In this document: positions 6,824-12,649 of the stretch, one piece after another | Position numbering within the stretch: the first letter of the stretch is position 1 | Layout: every line of letters starts with the position of its first letter | Assembly (NCBI GenBank): GCA_040256005.1 | Contig: JBDZWC010000088.1 | Span: forward strand, 1 to 12,649 | Length of the DNA: 12,649 nt | Direction: 5' to 3' | From: Deinococcaceae bacterium | Lineage (GTDB): Bacteria > Deinococcota > Deinococci > Deinococcales > Trueperaceae | Translations under genes and position numbers: made by a program | Notes under the pieces: generated by a model | What the model saw: only the letters and a program-made list of their open reading frames with translations | Told to the model about the DNA's origin: nothing | Database searches by the model: none

Positions 6824-8308
6824 ATGTACGCAGCGGTCTCGTCGGCCACGCTCAGCGGGGTGGACGCGGTCAGGGTGACGGTCGAGGTCTTCGTCAGCGG
6901 AGGGTTACCCAGCTTCACCATCGTGGGGCTGCCCGGTGCCGCGGTCCAGGAGTCCCGTGAGCGCGTGCGCGCGGCGCTGAAGCGGCTGGGAGCGCCGTTG
7001 TCGCCCAGCCGGGTCACGGTCAACCTGGCGCCGGCAGACGTCAGGAAGGAGGGGCCGGCCTTCGACCTGCCCATCGCGCTCGGGCTGCTCGCTGCCGCCG
7101 GCCACCTATCGGCCGGGCGGCTGGCCGGCTACCTCGCGTTCGGCGAACTGGCGCTGGACGGTACCCTCCGCGACGTCAGGGGCTCGGTCAGCATGGCCGT
7201 CGAGGCCCTCGCGGCCGGCAAGGCGCTCATGTGCGCGCCGGGCAACGCGGTGGAGGCGGCCGCCGTGCCTGGCACCGTCTGCCACGGTCCTGCCACGCTC
7301 GAGGAGGCCGTGGCGCATCTGCGGGGCCGCGCCGCCTTGCCCGCGCTCGAGCCCGCTGTTAGGCCCTCGCGTTCGGCCCAGGAAGACCTGGCCGACGTGA
7401 GGGGCCAAGCCCAGGGCAAGCGCCTGCTGGAGATAGCCGCCGCCGGACGGCACTCGGCGCTGCTGACCGGGCCACCCGGGGCCGGCAAGACCATGCTGGC
7501 CAGGCGGTTGCCTGGCCTGCTGCCGCCGCTGGAGGTGAGCGCGGCGCTCGAGGTGGGTCGCGTCTACTCGGCCGCCGGCGTGCCGCGCGGCCCCGGCCTG
7601 GACCTCACCCCACCGTTCAGGGCGCCGCACCACAGCGGGTCGGAGGCCGGGATCATCGGCGGCGGCGCCAACCCCAGGCCGGGCGAGGCCAGCCTGGCTC
7701 ATCGCGGCGTGCTCTTCCTCGACGAGGCCCCGGAGTTCGCTCGCGGCGTGCTCGAGGCGCTCAGGCAGCCGCTGGAGTCCGGTGACGTCGTGCTGGTGCG
7801 GGCCTCTGGGTCGGTGTCGCTGCCGGCGCGTTTCCAGCTGGTGGCGGCCATGAACCCCTGCCCGTGTGGGCGGGCCCTAGACCCCGATCCGGACGCTTGC
7901 GTCTGCAGCCGGATCGAACGCATGCGTTACGCGGCCAAGCTGTCGGGCCCGCTGGTGGACCGCATCGACCTGAGGCTGGCGGTGCCGAGGCTGAGCCGCG
8001 ACGAGCTCACTGCCGCGTCGGCTGGCGAGCCCAGCGCGGTGGTGGCGGCGCGAGTGGGTACCGCGCGCGACGCGGCGCTGGAGCGCCAGGGCTGCCTCAA
8101 CGCCGACCTGGTGGGGCCCGACCTGCGCCTGCACGCCATGCCCGTGACCGGCGCCCGTGCCCTCCTGCGCGACCTGGTCGACAGGCTGCGCCTCAGCGCC
8201 CGCGGGTTCGACCGGCTGCTACGGGTGGCGCGCACGATCGCGGACCTCGAAGGCGCTCCGGCGGTGAACGCCAGCCACCTGGAAGAGGCCGCCGGGTTCC
8301 GGGTCTGA
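6824..8308 (+). CDS. comM: YifB/ComM family Mg-chelatase-like AAA+ ATPase (494 aa)
   Basis: N-terminal Lon-like domain (VGLPGAAVQESRERVRAA, VNLAPADVRKEGPAFDLPIA, GELALDG), Walker A GPPGAGKT, PFRAPHH, Walker B LFLDE, AAMNPCPCG...CVC, SGPLVDRID, LSARGFDRLLRVARTIADL. Gene appears intact. Confidence 0.95.
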   Translation: MYAAVSSATLSGVDAVRVTVEVFVSGGLPSFTIVGLPGAAVQESRERVRAALKRLGAPLSPSRVTVNLAPADVRKEGPAFDLPIALGLLAAAGHLSAGRLAGYLAFGELALDGTLRDVRGSVSMAVEALAAGKALMCAPGNAVEAAAVPGTVCHGPATLEEAVAHLRGRAALPALEPAVRPSRSAQEDLADVRGQAQGKRLLEIAAAGRHSALLTGPPGAGKTMLARRLPGLLPPLEVSAALEVGRVYSAAGVPRGPGLDLTPPFRAPHHSGSEAGIIGGGANPRPGEASLAHRGVLFLDEAPEFARGVLEALRQPLESGDVVLVRASGSVSLPARFQLVAAMNPCPCGRALDPDPDACVCSRIERMRYAAKLSGPLVDRIDLRLAVPRLSRDELTAASAGEPSAVVAARVGTARDAALERQGCLNADLVGPDLRLHAMPVTGARALLRDLVDRLRLSARGFDRLLRVARTIADLEGAPAVNASHLEEAAGFRV

Positions 8309-8337
8309 GGGCCATCCGGGACGAACGTCCCTGGCCC
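8309..8337 (+). terminator. Stem-loop directly after the comM stop
   Basis: GGGCCA-tcc-GGGAC-gaac-GTCCC-TGGCCC: 11 bp with a 3-nt bulge. No U-tract. Confidence 0.55.
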
Positions 8338-8358
8338 CGCTAGTGCCGTTCCCGCCGA

Positions 8359-8446
8359 TATAGTCGACGGAAAAGCTTGTGCTAGATTGGCCCGGTACTT
8401 ACGAGGGGGCGCAGCCAACTTGCCCTCATCACCGCGCCCTAGGAGG
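8359..8446 (+). promoter_or_regulatory. Putative promoter region of the oxidase operon: TATAGT (8359-8364), extended -10 TGcTAGATT (8380-8388), SD AGGAGG (8441-8446)
   Basis: Locally AT-rich patch with two TANNNT hexamers. Strong SD 7 nt before GTG 8454. Confidence 0.6.
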
Positions 8447-8453
8447 GAAAAAC

Positions 8454-9548
8454 GTGCCCATAGGCTGGTTGTGGCGGGCTCTGCCCGTCGCACTACTGAC
8501 GTTCTTGCTCGCCGGTTGCAACCTGGCGGACGAGCAGTCCGTGTTCGCCCCGGTGGGTCCCGTGGCACAGGAGCAGTTGGGCCTGTTCATGTGGACCTGG
8601 TACCTGAGCATCCCCGTGATGCTCCTGGTTGGCGGGGTGCTGGTCTACGTGATCGTCCGCTACCGTAGGCGCCGCGGCGACGACTCCATCCCCGGCCAGA
8701 CCCATGGCAACGTTCTCCTAGAGGTCGTCTGGACCACCATCCCGGTGATCATCGTGATCCTGGTCGCGGTCCCGACGGTGCGCTCGATATTCAAGCTCCA
8801 GACCTTCACGGAAGCCGCTGGGAGCGACATCGCCGTCACGGTCACCGGCTACCAGTGGTGGTGGAAGTTCGAGTACCCGCAGTACGGCATCACGACGGCT
8901 AACGAGCTTCACGTGCCCGTCGGCTCTCGCATCGTGCTCGACCTGAACTCGGCTGACGTGCTCCACGCCTTCTGGGCGCCTCGCCTGGGTGGCAAGGTGG
9001 ACCTGATCCCTCACCAGGAGAACCAGCTCTGGCTGCAGGCGGACGAGCCGGGCGTGTACCACGGCCAGTGCGCCGAGCTCTGCCTGGGAGCCCACGCCTA
9101 CATGCGCTTCCGCATCGTCGTTGAGGAGCAGGACGAGTTCGAGCAGTGGGTCCAGTCGTTCCAGGAGCCTGTCGTCCAGACCGTGTCGAGCGACCAGCGC
9201 GTCAGCCAGGGCCGCACCCTCTTCGCTCAGAAGGGCTGCATCGGCTGCCACACGCTCGACAACTACGCCGCGGGGGTGAGCTACGGCCAGCCCGGGTTCC
9301 CGGAGCTGACCAACTTCGGTCTCAGGCATACCGTCGGCGCGGGCGTCCTCGACGCCACGCTGGAGAACGTCGCCCAGTGGATCATGGACCCTCAGACCGT
9401 CAAGCCGGGCAACTACATGCCCACCCTGTGGGCTGAGGACGACCCGAACCGCGAAGAAGAGGCCACGGCCATCGCCGCTTACCTGCTGAGCCTCGGTACG
9501 GACCAGGCCTCCGACCGAGCACAGACCGTTGCCATGGGAGGTAACTGA
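8454..9548 (+). CDS. coxB: Cytochrome c oxidase subunit II with fused C-terminal cytochrome c (caa3 type), lipoprotein (364 aa)
   Basis: Start reassigned to GTG 8454 (SD AGGAGG). Lipobox LAGC, two TM helices, LEVVWTTIP, GYQWWWKFEY, CuA ligands DVLHAF and CAELCLGAHAYM, heme c motif CIGCH with candidate distal Met in PGNYMP. Equivalent to ctaC. Confidence 0.97.
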   Translation: MPIGWLWRALPVALLTFLLAGCNLADEQSVFAPVGPVAQEQLGLFMWTWYLSIPVMLLVGGVLVYVIVRYRRRRGDDSIPGQTHGNVLLEVVWTTIPVIIVILVAVPTVRSIFKLQTFTEAAGSDIAVTVTGYQWWWKFEYPQYGITTANELHVPVGSRIVLDLNSADVLHAFWAPRLGGKVDLIPHQENQLWLQADEPGVYHGQCAELCLGAHAYMRFRIVVEEQDEFEQWVQSFQEPVVQTVSSDQRVSQGRTLFAQKGCIGCHTLDNYAAGVSYGQPGFPELTNFGLRHTVGAGVLDATLENVAQWIMDPQTVKPGNYMPTLWAEDDPNREEEATAIAAYLLSLGTDQASDRAQTVAMGGN

Positions 9549-11434
9549 TGGCATCGTCTACGACAGCACCCCAGGCAACGCTCTTCCTGCGGCCCACCCA
9601 GCGCACGGGCCTAGCCAGCTGGCTGACGACGGTGGACCACAAGAAGCTGGGGATCCTCTACATCCTGTCGAGCTTCGTCTTCCTGGGCATGGCCAGCGTG
9701 GAGGCGTTCCTCATGCGCCTTCAGCTCATGCGGCCGGGCCAGATGCTCGTCTCGCCGGACACCTTCAACCAGCTCTTCACGATGCACGGCCTGACGATGG
9801 TGTTCCTCGCCATCATGCCCATGGGTATCGGCTTCGCGAACTACTTCGTGCCGCTGATGATCGGCGCGCGCGACCTGGCGTTCCCAAGGCTGAACGCCTT
9901 CGGGTACTGGGTGTACGCGCTGGGCGGGCTGATGATCTACTCGAGCTTCTTCCTCGGCGGCGCCCCCGACATGGGGTGGACGGGCTACGCACCGCTCACC
10001 AGCCTGAGCGCGAACCCCGGCCTGGGCGTGGACTTCTACGCGTTCGGCCTCTTCATCAGCGGTATCGGCACGACCGTGACCGCCATGAACCTGATCGTCA
10101 CCATCGTGAACATGCGGGCGCCGGGCATGACGTTCATGCGCATGCCCGTGTTCGTCTGGATGATGATCATCACGTCGTTCATGATCATCTTCGCGTTCCC
10201 GCCGCTCACGATCGCGTTCGTCCAGATCATCACCGACCGCACGTTCGGCACGCTGTTCTACGTTCCCGCTGCGGGGGCCCTGCCCATCTTGTGGCAGCAC
10301 CTGTTCTGGATCTTCGGCCACCCCGAGGTCTACATCATCATCCTGCCGGCCTTCGGGATGATCTCCGAGATGATCCCCACGTTCAGCCGGAAGCCCCTGT
10401 TCGGCTACCCGGTCATGATCCTCGCGAGCATCCTGATCGCGTTCATGGGCTTCGCGGTGTGGACCCACCACATGTTCACCACGGGCCTCGGTCCGGTCGT
10501 GAACACGGCGTTCTCGCTGACCTCGTTCATCATCGGCATCCCCACCGGGGTGAAGATCTTCAACTGGCTTGGGACGCTGTGGGGCGGCAACATCAGGTTC
10601 ACGACGTCACTGCTCTACTCCATAGCTTTCATCGTCACGTTCACGCTGGGCGGCATCACCGGGATCATGGTCGCCATGCCCACCTTCGACGCCCAGGTCC
10701 ACGACACCTACTTCGTCGTCGCGCACTTCCACTACGTCATGGGCGGTGGCGCGCTGCTCACCTTCCTCGGCGCGGTGTACTACTGGTTCCCCAAGATCAC
10801 AGGCAAGATGCTCGACGAGCGCCTCGGCAAGGTGGGCTGGGCGTTCGTCGTCCTCGGCTTCCACACGATCTTCTTCCCGCAGCACCTCGCCGGGCTCATG
10901 GGCATGCCGCGCCGCATCCAGACCTACCCGGCCGGCATCGGCCTCGAGCTCTGGAACTTCATGTCCACGTTCGGGACGTTCATCATGGGCGTCGGCCTGG
11001 TGATCTTCCTGATCAACGTGATCCAGGGGTTCAGGGCGGGCAAGCCCGCCGGCAACGACCCGTGGGACGCCCGCACCCTCGAGTGGGCGACGTCGTCCCC
11101 ACCGCCGTACTACAACTTCGCGACGCAGCCCGTCGTCAACTCGCTCGACGCCTTCTGGGCCTACAAACACCCTGAGACGCTCAACGTGGAGCCCATCGAC
11201 CCGCGGACTGCCGGCCGGGAGTACGACGCCGGCGGCATCCACATACCCGGTCAGTCGTGGTGGCCGCTCCTCGCCTCGGTGATGATCGTCATCGGCTCCT
11301 ACGGGCTCATCTACGACAACTGGATCCTCGCGATCATCAGCGGCTTCGCTTTCATCTTCACGATCTTCGCGTGGGCGTTCGAAGGGGTCGGCGGACACCA
11401 CGTGCACCCCGAACTCGAAGGAGGGGCGGCATGA
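9548..11434 (+). CDS. coxA: Cytochrome c oxidase subunit I, heme-copper oxidase type A1 (628 aa)
   Basis: FTMHG, GARDLAFPRLN, GWTGYAPL, FGHPEVY, WTHHMF, PTGVKIF, HDTYFVVAHFHYV, GMPRR. TGATG overlap with the subunit II stop. Equivalent to ctaD. Confidence 0.98.
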   Translation: MASSTTAPQATLFLRPTQRTGLASWLTTVDHKKLGILYILSSFVFLGMASVEAFLMRLQLMRPGQMLVSPDTFNQLFTMHGLTMVFLAIMPMGIGFANYFVPLMIGARDLAFPRLNAFGYWVYALGGLMIYSSFFLGGAPDMGWTGYAPLTSLSANPGLGVDFYAFGLFISGIGTTVTAMNLIVTIVNMRAPGMTFMRMPVFVWMMIITSFMIIFAFPPLTIAFVQIITDRTFGTLFYVPAAGALPILWQHLFWIFGHPEVYIIILPAFGMISEMIPTFSRKPLFGYPVMILASILIAFMGFAVWTHHMFTTGLGPVVNTAFSLTSFIIGIPTGVKIFNWLGTLWGGNIRFTTSLLYSIAFIVTFTLGGITGIMVAMPTFDAQVHDTYFVVAHFHYVMGGGALLTFLGAVYYWFPKITGKMLDERLGKVGWAFVVLGFHTIFFPQHLAGLMGMPRRIQTYPAGIGLELWNFMSTFGTFIMGVGLVIFLINVIQGFRAGKPAGNDPWDARTLEWATSSPPPYYNFATQPVVNSLDAFWAYKHPETLNVEPIDPRTAGREYDAGGIHIPGQSWWPLLASVMIVIGSYGLIYDNWILAIISGFAFIFTIFAWAFEGVGGHHVHPELEGGAA

Positions 11435-12093
11435 GCTCCGCCGCGGACGTCGCCGCGCACACCCACCCTCTGACCCAGGACCAGCCGGGCCTGCCGGGCA
11501 GCAGAGGGGCCATCACCGCACACGGCTGGCGCAGCACGCGCCTGCCGGACGTCAAGCTGCTGATGTGGATCTTCCTCGCGTCCGACTGCATGATGTTCGG
11601 CGCGCTCATCGGGACCTACCTCGCCTACCACAACCGCAGCCTGGTGCCCCCGTTCCCGATCGATGTCTTCGACATCCCGCTCACCACGGTCAGCTCGTTC
11701 GTGCTGCTGGTGTCGAGCTTCCTGATGGTGCTCGCCCTCCACTCGCTCCGCATCGACGACATCCCGAGGTTCCGTCTGTGGACCTTCGGCGTCGCCCTCT
11801 TCGGCTCGATATTCCTGGGCTTCCAGGTCTACGAGTTCGTCCACTTCGTGAACGCCGGCCTCTCCATCCACCACAGCCTGTTCGGCACGACGTTCTTCAT
11901 CCTGACAGGCACGCACGGGATACACGTCGCCGGCGGGGTGCTGTGGTTGCTCGGCTTCCTGGTCCAGTCGTACGTCAGGCCCACGAGCAGCAAGGACGCG
12001 GTCTACCTGGAGATCGCCGGCCTCTACTGGCACTTCGTCGACATCGTCTGGATCGTGATCTTCACGGTCGTCTACCTCGTCGAGTTCGTGTGA
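11431..12093 (+). CDS. coxC: Cytochrome c oxidase subunit III, short 5-TM form (220 aa)
   Basis: MWIFLASDCMMFGAL, FLGFQVYEF, FFILTGTHGIHV, LYWHFVDIVW. Start reassigned to ATG 11431 (ATGA overlap with the coxA stop, SD AAGGAGG at 11418-11424). Equivalent to ctaE. Confidence 0.96.
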   Translation: MSSAADVAAHTHPLTQDQPGLPGSRGAITAHGWRSTRLPDVKLLMWIFLASDCMMFGALIGTYLAYHNRSLVPPFPIDVFDIPLTTVSSFVLLVSSFLMVLALHSLRIDDIPRFRLWTFGVALFGSIFLGFQVYEFVHFVNAGLSIHHSLFGTTFFILTGTHGIHVAGGVLWLLGFLVQSYVRPTSSKDAVYLEIAGLYWHFVDIVWIVIFTVVYLVEFV

Positions 12094-12108
12094 GCCGGGA
12101 AAGCTGAG

Positions 12109-12649
12109 ATGGCCAACAACCACAACAAAGGTGCAGTAGGCACGTACATCCTGATCGTCCTCATCCTCGGCGTGATCACCTACATGGAGTTCGCGATCGT
12201 CGAGTACCCACAGGCTTGGCTCGGCCAGACCATGACGTTCGTGGTGCTGGCGGTGCTGTCGGTCCTCAAGTTCCTGCTGGTCGTCATGTTCTTCATGCAC
12301 CTCAAGGGCGACGACCGCATGTACTCCGGCTTCTTCTCGTCTGGCATGGTGATCGCCATAGCCACGTTCATTGCCATGACGGCGATGTTCATCCTGCCCC
12401 GGACCATGTCCTACGGCGAGGCCCGCGCTCGCGCCGAGACCCTCGAGGGCTCCGGTGCCGCGCACGGCGAGGCCCACGTGCCACCGGAGGTCGAGGAGCT
12501 CATCGCCACCGATGGCCGCTCGCGCTCGGCCGCGGAGCGTGCCGACGTCCCCGCCCCGCTGGACCGCTCGGTGCCGATCGAGGCCCCACAGGCGGCCAAC
12601 GACGCCTCCACGTACGAGGTCGCCGGCGCGGCTGGTGAAGGGGTCGCGG
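12109..12649 (+). CDS. coxD: Cytochrome c oxidase subunit IV (CtaF/CyoD-like) with long C-terminal extension; 3'-truncated
   Basis: Manual translation from ATG 12109: MANNHNKGAVGTYILIVLILGVITYMEFAIVEYPQAWLGQTMTFVVLAVLSVLKFLLVVMFFMHLKGDDRMYSGFFSSGMVIAIATFIAMTAMFILPRTMSYGEARARAE... Three TM helices and the FFMHLK signature. 180 codons with no stop before the window end. Confidence 0.9.
   Translation, partial: MANNHNKGAVGTYILIVLILGVITYMEFAIVEYPQAWLGQTMTFVVLAVLSVLKFLLVVMFFMHLKGDDRMYSGFFSSGMVIAIATFIAMTAMFILPRTMSYGEARARAETLEGSGAAHGEAHVPPEVEELIATDGRSRSAAERADVPAPLDRSVPIEAPQAANDASTYEVAGAAGEGVA

Noticed and set aside
6628..7074. 388-aa version of the lipoprotein ORF
   Set aside because: The extension is antisense to comM and crosses the intergenic region. 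The SD, ATG 6627 and lipobox define the real start.
6824..8308. comM as an integration hotspot for mobile elements
   Set aside because: The gene is full length and uninterrupted, with no recombinase or junction repeats in the window.
8377..8394. Rex-like operator (TTGTG half-site) in the oxidase promoter
   Set aside because: There is no matching inverted second half-site (CACAA).
12091..12111. Subunits III and IV are in the same frame, separated by one TGA and 5 codons (possible readthrough fusion)
   Set aside because: An in-frame arrangement arises by chance one time in three, subunit III ends at its normal position, and no recoding signal is visible.
9529..12477. Long alternative-frame and antisense ORFs over the cox operon (9529..11175 +, 9611..10471 -, 10607..11407 -, 11311..12477 -) and similar ones over proB, asd and hisZ
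   Set aside because: These are shadow ORFs expected from strong GC3 bias and scarce stop codons. They have no recognisable motifs and fully overlap well-supported genes.

Overview
High-GC chromosomal window of mostly housekeeping genes. Gene content and protein style suggest Deinococcota, possibly Truepera-like (inference only). Left to right: (1) the 3' tail of an unknown + strand gene with a Gly-rich, twice-repeated GFKTGG motif; (2) a minus-strand cluster proB - DUF4345-like membrane protein - hisZ - hisG(short), in which all three junctions are 4-nt RTGA overlaps and proB looks leaderless; (3) divergent asd followed by a DegV/FakB gene; (4) a convergent unknown lipoprotein with a highly structured upstream region; (5) divergent YifB/ComM AAA+ ATPase; (6) the start of a caa3-type cytochrome c oxidase operon, subunits II(+cyt c), I, III and IV. 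Subunit IV is absent from the supplied ORF track and carries a long C-terminal extension that runs off the window. I see no mobile element, CRISPR array, rRNA or tRNA, and no clearly new multi-gene system. The best leads are the extended subunit IV, the candidate RNA switch before the lipoprotein, and the coupled proB-DUF4345-hisZG cluster.
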